In this document: piece by piece, positions 19,466-28,053 of the stretch | How positions within the stretch are numbered: the stretch's first letter is position 1 | Layout: every line of letters begins with the position of its first letter | Virus record (IMG/VR): IMGVR_UViG_3300049855_000474 | Location: 1 to 64,000 of that record | Reading direction: 5' to 3' (one strand) | Length of the DNA stretch: 64,000 nt | Source: a virus | Notes under the pieces: generated by a model | Database searches by the model: none | Seen by the model: only the letters and a program-made list of their open reading frames with translations | What the model was told of the DNA's origin: nothing | Position numbers and translations under genes: made by a program

Positions 19466-19499
19466 TTTTAGAGATTTATCAAGATTTAAGGGATAGCAA

Positions 19500-20348
19500 A
19501 TGCTACAGGCTGGATTAGTATTTTATGGTGACAATTTAAGTTATCTCAAACAGATGCCAACAAATAGTATCGATCTAGTCTACATAGATCCTCCATACAA
19601 TACAGGTAAAGTCCAAAAACGTACATACACCAAAACAGAGAGAGATGATGCCGGGGATCGTAAAGGGTTTGGAGGACATACCTATAAAACCACCAAAATA
19701 TCCTCAGCTTCTTTCGATGACTCCTTTGACGATTTTATGGGTTTTATCAAACCACGAGTAGAAGAACTGCATAGAGTACTAAAACCTACAGGTAGCCTGT
19801 ACTTCCACATCAATTACAAAGAAGTCCATTACTGCAAAGTACTCATTGATTCTATCTTTGGTAGAGAATGTTTTTTAAATGAAGTTATCTGGGCATGGGA
19901 CTATGGAGCTAAAGCTAAGAGGAAGTGGCCTGCCAAACACGATAATATACTAGTCTACGTCAAGGACCCGGAAGCTTATTATTTTGACGATTCCGAAGTA
20001 GAGCGCATCCCTTATATGGCTCCGGGGCTAGTTAATCCAGAGAAACAGGAGTTGGGTAAGCGTCTTACGGACACCTGGTGGCACACCATAGTTAGCCCGA
20101 TGGGTAAAGAAAAAATGGGTTACCCAACCCAAAAGCCAATGGGTGTGATAAGTAGAATTGTAAAAGCCTCTTGTCCCCCTGGCGGATTAGTGCTGGATGC
20201 CTTTGCTGGTTCAGGAACAACAGGAGCTGTAGCCCTACAGGCAGGTCGAAACTTTATAATGATAGATCAGAATCCAGAAGCTATAGAGATAATGAAGCAT
20301 AGATTCGCAGAGCAGGATGTAGTATTCGAAGAGGCTTCTAATGGATGA
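19500..20348 (+). CDS. DNA amino-methyltransferase (N6A/N4C, beta class), orphan
   Basis: YIDPPY, YPTQKP, VLDAFAGSGTT. Confidence 0.92.
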   Translation: MLQAGLVFYGDNLSYLKQMPTNSIDLVYIDPPYNTGKVQKRTYTKTERDDAGDRKGFGGHTYKTTKISSASFDDSFDDFMGFIKPRVEELHRVLKPTGSLYFHINYKEVHYCKVLIDSIFGRECFLNEVIWAWDYGAKAKRKWPAKHDNILVYVKDPEAYYFDDSEVERIPYMAPGLVNPEKQELGKRLTDTWWHTIVSPMGKEKMGYPTQKPMGVISRIVKASCPPGGLVLDAFAGSGTTGAVALQAGRNFIMIDQNPEAIEIMKHRFAEQDVVFEEASNG

Positions 20349-20643
20349 TGACGATATCGAAGAGCGCAAGCGCATAGTTAGAAATGCAGAGGAGCTAGTC
20401 AAAGAGGCAGAACCGGATTCGATAGCTGCTGTTGCGATTGTGATGTTTTACAAAGCTATAGCTAAAGCGGTTTCTAGAGGAGAACTCCCCGACTACTTCT
20501 TGACAAAAGAAGGACTTAGTGTAGCCTTTACACACACGCTGTTTGGCAGTGAAAGCAGGATAGGAGCTGCTGAATACTTTGATCTCCCTATTATGGATAT
20601 AGGATCAACCTCAACCCCACCAAAGAAAGGGGAAATGAACTAA
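20341..20643 (+). CDS. Hypothetical protein
   Basis: 100 aa, GAGG SD, overlap with MTase stop. Confidence 0.6.
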   Translation: MDDDDIEERKRIVRNAEELVKEAEPDSIAAVAIVMFYKAIAKAVSRGELPDYFLTKEGLSVAFTHTLFGSESRIGAAEYFDLPIMDIGSTSTPPKKGEMN

Positions 20644-20813
20644 TGCGGAAAGAATGCTATGTAATTAGTAGAGTTAATAAGAAAACTCAGGAAAATTATC
20701 CTGTTCGTGTCTTTATAAGTAGGCAGCGTGCGGAAGAATACAAGAACGTAGAGTCCAAGCTCAGCGGAGAACGCTGGCTAATCGACAAAGTGGACATTGA
20801 AGTAGAGGAATAA
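20643..20813 (+). CDS. Small hypothetical protein (56 aa, not in ORF track)
   Basis: TAATG coupling; MRKECYVISRVNKK...DIEVEE fills the gap exactly. Confidence 0.6.
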   Translation: MRKECYVISRVNKKTQENYPVRVFISRQRAEEYKNVESKLSGERWLIDKVDIEVEE

Positions 20814-20815
20814 CC

Positions 20816-21091
20816 ATGTCAGACTTACAAAAAGCACTCAATACCTTGATGTCTTTCAAGCCTAAAGATATGCACGAGTCAATTATGACGCTACAAGATA
20901 TCCTAGATCGCAACCAGAATCCTGGTTGTGGTGGTGATGGTTCCATGTCAGAAAGGCAATGGACACTTCTAAGAGAAATAAAACTTTGTATAGTTGATTT
21001 GATGGGCAGGATGCTTCAGTGTGCTAAGGACAGGGGTCCTAAAATTTGCGAAACAGAACTCTGGAAACGTGAAAACAAAAAAAAGGATTGA
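20816..21091 (+). CDS. Hypothetical protein
   Basis: 91 aa, GAGGA SD. Confidence 0.6.
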   Translation: MSDLQKALNTLMSFKPKDMHESIMTLQDILDRNQNPGCGGDGSMSERQWTLLREIKLCIVDLMGRMLQCAKDRGPKICETELWKRENKKKD

Positions 21092-21096
21092 TTTCG

Positions 21097-21645
21097 ATGC
21101 GTGTATTCGTTGGTAATTTGGCGTTTAATGTGGGTGATAAAGATCTTCGGGCTCATTTTGAGACTAATGGGTTTAAACCCACGGATCTTAAGGTAATGAC
21201 AGATAGAGAAACAGGCAAGTCTCGTGGATTTGCCTTTGTAACCTTCAGTACAGAGGAACAGGCAAGCAATGCCATCTCTAAGCTGGACGGTTCTATTATC
21301 AATGGTAGAGAAGTTAGGCTAAGTGTGGCTAACGATCGACCACCACGACCGAGCACCGGTCCTATTCCCACCCAACAGAGGAATACCTACAATAACCCAA
21401 GTCCTAACAGGGTGTTGAATAGAACACCTGTCCAACCAAGGATAGCAAATCCTGAACCTTCTTTCAGTCAGGACCCACCAACTACTGTAGCTGAAAAGAA
21501 ATTTCTACCCAGGAAGTCCTATGGAAAGCAACCTGTATACGATGAGTGGGGTAGTAGTGAAGGCAAGGGTGGAGATCGTCGTCGCAGTGACCGAATCCGT
21601 GGGAAACGTCGTCGAGATCAAGAGGAAGACGACAGTTGGGATTGA
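21097..21645 (+). CDS. RRM-domain RNA-binding protein with disordered Pro/Arg-rich tail
   Basis: RNP-2 VFVGNL, DRETGKSRGFAFVTF (RNP-1), GREVRLSVA. Confidence 0.92.
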   Translation: MRVFVGNLAFNVGDKDLRAHFETNGFKPTDLKVMTDRETGKSRGFAFVTFSTEEQASNAISKLDGSIINGREVRLSVANDRPPRPSTGPIPTQQRNTYNNPSPNRVLNRTPVQPRIANPEPSFSQDPPTTVAEKKFLPRKSYGKQPVYDEWGSSEGKGGDRRRSDRIRGKRRRDQEEDDSWD

Positions 21646-21654
21646 ACTTTAGTC

Positions 21655-21684
21655 TTTACAACGGCAGTATTGTCCTGGTATAGT
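21655..21684 (+). promoter_or_regulatory. Candidate sigma-70-like promoter
   Basis: TTTACA-18 nt-TATAGT with TG extension, upstream of AGGAG SD. Confidence 0.5.
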
Positions 21685-21709
21685 AGTTCTATAACTAGGA
21701 GATATTGAG

Positions 21710-22225
21710 ATGGCATTGAATGAAGACTGGACTAACTTAGCGGAAAACGCTCATATTTTTGAGCGTAGAGCAAATTGGGCTAGAACTGGGGATCAACGGG
21801 AAGCCGGAACAATACTGACTATTATTGTTACGTTGATAACAGCAGCCCTACCTATCTTTCTTCTTTTTCATGCTTTCGATGGTTTCCGTGAAGATAATTG
21901 GACAACGGGTTTTACTTACCTAGCAGGTTTTGCACTGACTGTTAGTATATTCAAGTTATTACTGATAGTTGTATCAAACCTCGTCCATATAGGAATTGTA
22001 ATTGGTCTACTTTGGTGGGTAGGCAGCTGCATACAGGACAGTGTTGAAGCAAAAATAGAGCGAGAGAGAAATCCACCACCCACAGTAGTTTCCGATCCCT
22101 ACTGGGATAACCCCTTTATTGACAGACCTACCTTGACTGAGGCAGAAAAAGAGATGGGATACACGGTCAAAATCGAACCAGGAAATCGTATCCTCTATGT
22201 AAAAGAAGAGGACAAAGGAAACTAA
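21710..22225 (+). CDS. Membrane protein
   Basis: Two to three hydrophobic helices; AGGAG SD. Confidence 0.7.
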   Translation: MALNEDWTNLAENAHIFERRANWARTGDQREAGTILTIIVTLITAALPIFLLFHAFDGFREDNWTTGFTYLAGFALTVSIFKLLLIVVSNLVHIGIVIGLLWWVGSCIQDSVEAKIERERNPPPTVVSDPYWDNPFIDRPTLTEAEKEMGYTVKIEPGNRILYVKEEDKGN

Positions 22226-22228
22226 AAC

Positions 22229-22591
22229 ATGGATAATGAACAGGATAACGAGACAGAGATTGATCTAGAAGAACTTCGTAGTATGGAAATCGATTCCGTT
22301 TTCTACGGCGCTTTAGTCAATATTATGTCAAATGACCTTCCCAGTTCTATCGCACTTGTAACAGTGCTGCTGGAAAAACTAAAGGCAAAAGAACCTCTGG
22401 AAACAGATACTGCTGTAGATGTTCTACTTGCAGTGGTTGGCGACCTGGAAGATTCAAACTATTTCGAGGAGCGAGAAGCCATGGGCGGTTTTGATGGACC
22501 AGAGAGCTATAGCGAAGGACCTGAGGAATACGGTATTGAATTTGAGATCAAGACCGTTCAAGACGATGACCCAAAGAAAAGGCTAAACTAA
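22229..22591 (+). CDS. Acidic hypothetical protein
   Basis: 120 aa, D/E-rich, AAGGA SD. Confidence 0.65.
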   Translation: MDNEQDNETEIDLEELRSMEIDSVFYGALVNIMSNDLPSSIALVTVLLEKLKAKEPLETDTAVDVLLAVVGDLEDSNYFEEREAMGGFDGPESYSEGPEEYGIEFEIKTVQDDDPKKRLN

Positions 22592-22799
22592 ACCTTTGCG
22601 AGAATTTAATTAACAGCGTAAAATCCGATGCGAAAGAATTCTCGTCTTGACCTAGAGATCCCGTAGGGATTGCTGATATAGCCCAGAGGTTGTATTTAGG
22701 CAAAGATTGTGGTGGTTCTGCACAATCAGAAAAGGTCTGTACTACAGGAAACTTGTTTAGCCTCCGGAAGAGGTCGGAAGTACTGTAGGAAATGAACAA

Positions 22800-22847
22800 G
22801 AGCCTCGATTAGACATTCCGGGTGTTTAGTCGAGGCTCGGCGCTTTT
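22800..22847 (+). terminator. Long hairpin / probable terminator
   Basis: GAGCCTCGATTAGACA...TGTTTAGTCGAGGCTC then short T-run. Confidence 0.6.
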
Positions 22848-22850
22848 AAG

Positions 22851-22879
22851 TGGACCAAACTCCTTATAATTGCTATAGT
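22851..22879 (+). promoter_or_regulatory. Sigma-70-like promoter, likely leaderless transcript
   Basis: TGGACC-17 nt-TATAGT with TG extension; ATG 6 nt downstream with no SD. Confidence 0.5.
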
Positions 22880-22885
22880 AACTAG

Positions 22886-23575
22886 ATGCTAACAATCAAT
22901 CAAGCAATCAAAGGTTTTCTAGTTTCACCAGATCCCATAACAGGACCCTATATTATAGCCACGTCGGGGGGTCCAGATTCTCAATGTTTACTAAAGGGAG
23001 TTTCCCATGTTATTGGTACTAAAAATTGTATTGCAGTTGGTATTGATTATAATCTTTGCCAAACTGCTTCGAGACAGCTCGACATAGCAGAGAACCTGGC
23101 TAAAGACTATTGCGTAGAATTCCAACGTATCAAAGTTACCGTCGAAAAAGGTGGAAACCTACAGGCAAAAGCACGTGCTCTCCGCTATAAAGCTTTATAC
23201 CAAAGGGCTCGTGAGTGTGATTCTCAAGGTATAGTTATGGGACATAATAACGAGGATCAAGTAGAAACGCTTCTAAGTAAACTCCTTAATGGCAACACAC
23301 CTACTGCAATGAAGTTTCATACATACGTTGGGAATATTTGTATTATTCGTCCTCTACTGCTTCACACACGTGACGATATTAACAGATATCTTAAGTGCTG
23401 GAATATCCCATATGCTCAGGATTCCGCCAACTATAATCCTAAGGATCTCCATTCTTGGGTACGAGCAGAGTTATTGCCAAAAATGAAAGCTAAAAGCTCT
23501 AAAGTACATACTAATATCCTAAATTTTTTGACACAAAACCAATTAAAGCAATACACAGAAGAGGATTACCAGTGA
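22886..23575 (+). CDS. tilS: TilS-like PP-loop ATPase (N-terminal domain only, partly degenerate)
   Basis: SGGPDS, ARALRY, GHNNEDQVET, IRPLL, DSAN. Confidence 0.8.
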   Translation: MLTINQAIKGFLVSPDPITGPYIIATSGGPDSQCLLKGVSHVIGTKNCIAVGIDYNLCQTASRQLDIAENLAKDYCVEFQRIKVTVEKGGNLQAKARALRYKALYQRARECDSQGIVMGHNNEDQVETLLSKLLNGNTPTAMKFHTYVGNICIIRPLLLHTRDDINRYLKCWNIPYAQDSANYNPKDLHSWVRAELLPKMKAKSSKVHTNILNFLTQNQLKQYTEEDYQ

Positions 23576-23775
23576 AGAAAGAAAGTATCAAAGTCAAAGC
23601 CAAACATACAGCTGCTAGATTCTACTACGGAATTAACCTGAAGGCTTACGTAGAGGACTGGGCTAACGATGACGGTGAAACCATCAATCTTAAAGAAGAA
23701 ATCGACAAGGATGTCCGAGATCTTGCGGATCTACTTGTAAGCTTCCACAAGGAATGTCAGAAGGAGAAACTATGA
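23572..23775 (+). CDS. Small hypothetical protein
   Basis: 67 aa, GTGA overlap, GAGGA SD. Confidence 0.6.
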   Translation: MKKESIKVKAKHTAARFYYGINLKAYVEDWANDDGETINLKEEIDKDVRDLADLLVSFHKECQKEKL

Positions 23776-24560
23776 AACTAGCATGGATTACCGATCCACA
23801 TCTTGATACTATTCCAGATCATGTCGTGGAGGCTTTTGCTCGTCAAGTGAGCAAGATAGCTGACCGTGTAGTAATAACAGGAGATATTGCAGACGGTCCT
23901 TATAGTACACAGAGATTAGTTCATTTCGAGAAGTTCTTTAATAACAAAATTTTCTTCACTTTAGGTAATCACGACTATTATCACTCTTCTATTGCAAATG
24001 CAAAAAAAAGTGCCAAGCTAGTTAGCGAAACATATCCTAACCTGATTTACATGGAAGAGGCTGGGGTTATCGAGTTATCCAAGGAAGTTGCTTTAGTAGG
24101 CAATGGTGGATTCTACGATGCTCGAGCTGGGTCATCAGACAGTCGTTTTGATATGGATGACTTCAAAATCATCCGAGATCTAAGCAATCATAGCTATCAC
24201 GACCGTTTTATCCATTGCCGCCAGATTGCAGAGAACATGGCTAAAGAGGCGGAAAGGCATCTACTAGACGCAGCTAACCAGTACAAACACGTTTATTTTG
24301 CCACCCACGTACCTCCATTCACAGAAGCGTCCTGGCATAGAGGTCAACGCTCCGACTCTGAAGCACTACCGTGGTTCACTAATTTGACCTTCGGCAGGAT
24401 ACTGTCTGATATTGCTTATAACTATACGGACGTACAATTTACTGTGCTTTGCGGTCACACTCATAGTCCTGGGGAGTACCAACACTTAGACAATCTAAAG
24501 GTGTTGACAGGAGGGGCTGAGTATTGCTATCCTTCTGTATGGATGACATTCGACATCTGA
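23772..24560 (+). CDS. Calcineurin-like metallophosphoesterase (CpdA/Icc-like)
   Basis: DPHLD, TGDI, GNHD, THVPP, GHTH; AAGGAG SD and ATGA overlap. Confidence 0.88.
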   Translation: MKLAWITDPHLDTIPDHVVEAFARQVSKIADRVVITGDIADGPYSTQRLVHFEKFFNNKIFFTLGNHDYYHSSIANAKKSAKLVSETYPNLIYMEEAGVIELSKEVALVGNGGFYDARAGSSDSRFDMDDFKIIRDLSNHSYHDRFIHCRQIAENMAKEAERHLLDAANQYKHVYFATHVPPFTEASWHRGQRSDSEALPWFTNLTFGRILSDIAYNYTDVQFTVLCGHTHSPGEYQHLDNLKVLTGGAEYCYPSVWMTFDI

Positions 24561-24573
24561 AAGAAGTACCCAA

Positions 24574-25113
24574 ATGAAATGTCCTAAGTGCAGTTCCACA
24601 TTAAAGCAACTCTTTACTTCTTCCTATTGTCTTACCTGCGAGAATGCAGGTGATATAAAGGAAGTTAGCGCCAGCCACGTACCGCCTTCCACGGGAGTTA
24701 CCTTTACTTTCGGGTGTAAAATCCTAGCTTACCAGCACAATAACGGTGGAGGTTGGGTCGCTGATACCGCGATCGTATCAGACACAGTTTACGTTGGACC
24801 TGATGCGTGGGTTAGGGGCAATGCCAAAGTTACAGGAAATGTCAGAGTTACAGGTAAGGCACTAATTGCAGACAATGCCATAGTTAGGGACAATGCCATA
24901 GTTAGGGACAATGCCGTAGTTGCCGGCAATGCCGTAGTATAAGGCAATACCATAGTTGGAGACAATGCCTATATTAAAGATGCGGCTAATGTGGGTGGGG
25001 ATTCGAGGGTTGGAGGCAAAGCCCGCGTTAGTGGTACTGCCCGCGTTAGTGGTACTACTCTTGTAATAGGAAATATTTCCTATGGAAATTATAATAATGG
25101 GACTATTAACTAA
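24574..25113 (+). pseudogene. Zinc-ribbon + left-handed beta-helix (hexapeptide) protein with in-frame TAA at 24940-24942
   Basis: GNA.V/DNA.V repeats continue in frame for 56 codons after the TAA. Confidence 0.7.
24871..24978 (+). repeat. 18-bp tandem repeat (six copies, GACAATGCCATAGTTAGG-like)
   Basis: Directly visible; a second 18-bp duplication GCCCGCGTTAGTGGTACT lies at 25021-25056. Confidence 0.9.
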
Positions 25114-25144
25114 GCTAGTTAGAGAGTAAGTTTGTTGAAAAGAA

Positions 25145-25174
25145 TTGACTTAACTCCTCCGGTTGAGCTAGTAT
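25145..25174 (+). promoter_or_regulatory. Candidate sigma-70-like promoter
   Basis: TTGACT-18 nt-TAGTAT. Confidence 0.45.
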
Positions 25175-25198
25175 AGAAAGAGTAAAGGAAGTGCCCAA

Positions 25199-25414
25199 AT
25201 GACTCTAGTTTTCGACACTATGCAAGATCCCGGAGTAACCGAAGTAATACGTCTTCAACATGAAGATAGCCTAAAACTTGGATGTGCTTGGGATGTATTC
25301 TATTTTAGATCAAGCAAATACTGGACTAAAGAGTTGGAAAAGGAACTAATAAATAGGCACAGGGAAAATAGAGTACCTGTGGACCTTTCGAAGTTCGGAG
25401 CAGCAAAGTTATAA
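25199..25414 (+). CDS. Small hypothetical protein
   Basis: 71 aa, AAGGA SD. Confidence 0.6.
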   Translation: MTLVFDTMQDPGVTEVIRLQHEDSLKLGCAWDVFYFRSSKYWTKELEKELINRHRENRVPVDLSKFGAAKL

Positions 25415-25425
25415 GGAAATATCTA

Positions 25426-25974
25426 ATGAAAGTTCTATTTCTAGACTTCGACGGAGTCATTAACAACGAACAAACGTTTGAAGAGTTAAAACAAGCAGAG
25501 TTTACTCCCACAGACAGCGAACTTCAGTTAATTAGAAAACTAATAGTACAAGATCCTCGGCATAATGAGTCCTTTTGGCTTAATACTATACGGTCATTAG
25601 ACTCCAAGCTCATAGCACACATCACCTCAATCATCAAGGCAACTGGGGCTAAGGTTGTGATTTCCTCAGCTTGGCGCAATACCTTTAGTCTCCAGATTCT
25701 CGAACTACTCTTGAAGCACCATGGCTTTACTGGAGAGGTTATTGACAGTACGCCATCAAAAATGTCTCTTCATAGTCGAGCTGGCGAGATTTTTATGTGG
25801 CTGCGTAATGCCAAGGAAAACAAGTTGAATGTAGAGAATTTCGTTATCATCGACGACGATTCATCACCAAAAAACATTGAGTATCTTGTTGACAATTTGG
25901 TAGTAACAGATTATTCTCAGGGTCTGGATGAAGCCAAGACGCTTCAAGCTATAGAAATTCTGAAAAGGGGTTAA
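25426..25974 (+). CDS. HAD phosphatase (Swiss-army-knife RNA-repair type)
   Basis: LFLDFDGVIN, VVISSAWR, RAGEI..WL, VIIDDD, GL. Confidence 0.8.
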   Translation: MKVLFLDFDGVINNEQTFEELKQAEFTPTDSELQLIRKLIVQDPRHNESFWLNTIRSLDSKLIAHITSIIKATGAKVVISSAWRNTFSLQILELLLKHHGFTGEVIDSTPSKMSLHSRAGEIFMWLRNAKENKLNVENFVIIDDDSSPKNIEYLVDNLVVTDYSQGLDEAKTLQAIEILKRG

Positions 25975-25976
25975 TT

Positions 25977-26756
25977 ATGGGTTGTGATATTCACATATGG
26001 GTTGAAGCTAGGGCAAGTGAAAACGATCCATGGCAGTTGGCGTTCCCAGAGTCGTGGACGTGTCCTTGGTGCCATGGAACCGGCATTTCTAAGGCTAATG
26101 CCTATAGGAAGGTGGATGCTGATTGCTTCCTTTGTGAGGGTGCCAAGGTTGTTAATCAATTTACTGAACGCAATTACAATCTGTTTGGAATGCTTGCTAA
26201 TGTACGAAACGGTACGGGTTTTGCGGGTGTTCGTACGGGTGACGGGTACGTGCCTATCAGTAAACCCCGTGGATTTCCTAAGGACATGAGCTTGGGATTA
26301 ACTAAACACTTGGCTTCCTGGGACTGTGATGTAGACGAGGAGAATTCAGAAGAAATAGAATATCCTTACCGATTGGCATACCAAGGAGACCATTCAGACA
26401 GCTGGCTTCTCATTTCAGAGATTCTAGAGTATTTTGCTGACGGCAATAGGGTCTCGCATCACCAGGGGATTGTCTCAATGGAGGAGTACAAAGTCTTCCT
26501 TGAGAAGGGACGACCAGATAGCTGGTCTGGTGGAATCGGCGGTTCTGGTGTTGAGATCGTCGACAACCAAAAGGCACGTAATCTTCTTGAGAATAAAGAG
26601 ACTCAAGAAGCAGGAAAGTACTATTGCACACTCGTGCACTGGACGAGCACCTACGCTGAGGATGCAGGGAAAGCCTTCCTAGAGTATTTCATTCCAGCTT
26701 GTCAGAAGCTCGGTGACCCCAAGAACGTTCGACTGGTTTTCAACTTCGATTCGTGA
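25977..26756 (+). CDS. Conserved phage hypothetical protein with Zn-finger insertion
   Basis: MGCDIH, CPWC.G.G..CFLC.G, RNYNLFGMLANVRN, PRGFP, RLVFNFDS. Confidence 0.7.
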   Translation: MGCDIHIWVEARASENDPWQLAFPESWTCPWCHGTGISKANAYRKVDADCFLCEGAKVVNQFTERNYNLFGMLANVRNGTGFAGVRTGDGYVPISKPRGFPKDMSLGLTKHLASWDCDVDEENSEEIEYPYRLAYQGDHSDSWLLISEILEYFADGNRVSHHQGIVSMEEYKVFLEKGRPDSWSGGIGGSGVEIVDNQKARNLLENKETQEAGKYYCTLVHWTSTYAEDAGKAFLEYFIPACQKLGDPKNVRLVFNFDS

Positions 26757-26763
26757 GGTTCAG

Positions 26764-26922
26764 ATGTATATTCCACATATTTGTATGGATGAAATCCAAG
26801 CCGCTGTGACGATTGTCCAGACAGCAAACGGAACTATTCCAGTTCTGTTGGAAAACATCAAAATGGTTGTAATGACTTCCTGCCGTAAGAAGCGTCTTCC
26901 AGGTAAGAAGACAAATGGCTAA
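26764..26922 (+). CDS. Small hypothetical protein
   Basis: GAGG SD, ATG 26764, overlaps next gene. Confidence 0.45.
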   Translation: MYIPHICMDEIQAAVTIVQTANGTIPVLLENIKMVVMTSCRKKRLPGKKTNG

Positions 26923-27121
26923 AAGCAATGTTTCCGAAAAAACCAGAAGGAAGCCGAGAAAGCGCTACATAAAGCCAGAGGGTCTTACAGACGAGCAAGT
27001 GAAAGAAATTCGTAGGAAATACCGACGTGGAGATACGTCTACCAGGAAACTAGGGGTTGAATACGGAGTTAGTCACGTGTATATTAGCTACTTGATCAAG
27101 CGTACAAGAGCTATAACATAA
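26915..27121 (+). CDS. Small basic HTH DNA-binding protein
   Basis: LTDEQVKEIR...STRKLGVEYGVSHVYISYLI. Confidence 0.75.
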   Translation: MAKSNVSEKTRRKPRKRYIKPEGLTDEQVKEIRRKYRRGDTSTRKLGVEYGVSHVYISYLIKRTRAIT

Positions 27122-27136
27122 TCAAGGAATTTGAAG

Positions 27137-27655
27137 ATGAAAAATTACGTCAAAGGTTACCTCAGCATAGCAGCGTCATTTGTTCTTACAGTAATTGGTG
27201 TAACAATTCTGGTCTCCGAAAAAGAGGTTAGTGCTAGCCATTACGGAATACTGCTTCTAGCATCTATCGTACTGTTCGCCTATGTGGTGAAGGATGTCTT
27301 GGAAACTGTCTTCGCAGCAGAGAAGACCAGGAGGGCTTCTCAGGAGGCTGCAGCAGCAATTCGCAATAAAGAGATTTACGCACCCCAGCAGGTTTTCGCT
27401 CCTGCTGTGAAACCTGTCTTGCCTGTGGTCCCTCCACCAAAGAAGAGGGAAGATACAGTTTCCTACGTTAGGCGAGAGGATACTATCGCTTACAGTACTG
27501 TGCCAGTAGAGTCCTTTACGGTGATGACGGTGGATATCAGCGCTAGTGAACCTAGTAATGATTACTCCTCTAGTTCAGATAGTGGTTCTTCTCCTGACTT
27601 CAGCGGTGGAGGCGGTGATTTCGGTGGCGGTGGTTCTAGCGGAAGTTGGGACTGA
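27137..27655 (+). CDS. Membrane protein with Gly-rich C-terminal tail
   Basis: Two TM helices; ends FSGGGGDFGGGGSSGSWD as in TPM/YgcG-type tails. Confidence 0.7.
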   Translation: MKNYVKGYLSIAASFVLTVIGVTILVSEKEVSASHYGILLLASIVLFAYVVKDVLETVFAAEKTRRASQEAAAAIRNKEIYAPQQVFAPAVKPVLPVVPPPKKREDTVSYVRREDTIAYSTVPVESFTVMTVDISASEPSNDYSSSSDSGSSPDFSGGGGDFGGGGSSGSWD

Positions 27656-27963
27656 TGTATAACTATTTCAAACGTTGGTATTACAAGGCTCTAAGGTTTA
27701 TTTACGGAGGAACTATGGTTACTGAAATTATGGTAGGCGTGAGACTTGATGGTTCGTTGGATATTGACTTTTCTGATGACAATGATAATAAGCCCGACTG
27801 GACCTTCAACAATATTACAATTGAACAGGCGGAGTTTCTTCTCGAAGAACTTACGCATGCTATGGCTAGAGCTAAGCTTCGGGCACAGAAGCTGGCTATA
27901 GCGTCGAGAGCAGAAGTATCGAAGGCAGAAGCTTTGAAAGCAGTAGAAGATACCAAGAAGTAA
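27655..27963 (+). CDS. Hypothetical protein
   Basis: TGATG coupling (alternative start 27715 with GGAGG SD). Confidence 0.6.
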   Translation: MYNYFKRWYYKALRFIYGGTMVTEIMVGVRLDGSLDIDFSDDNDNKPDWTFNNITIEQAEFLLEELTHAMARAKLRAQKLAIASRAEVSKAEALKAVEDTKK

Positions 27964-28053
27964 GCTAGGAAAAGAGCTTGACCTACGGCTAAGTGCTGTA
28001 AAAGCTCTTCTAGGTAAGGCTATTCCAGCCTCCCTCAAAATACAGAGGACCCT

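Noticed and set aside
24871-24978. 18-bp repeats as a mini-CRISPR or DGR element
   Set aside because: Units are contiguous with no spacers and encode hexapeptide repeats; no reverse transcriptase in the window
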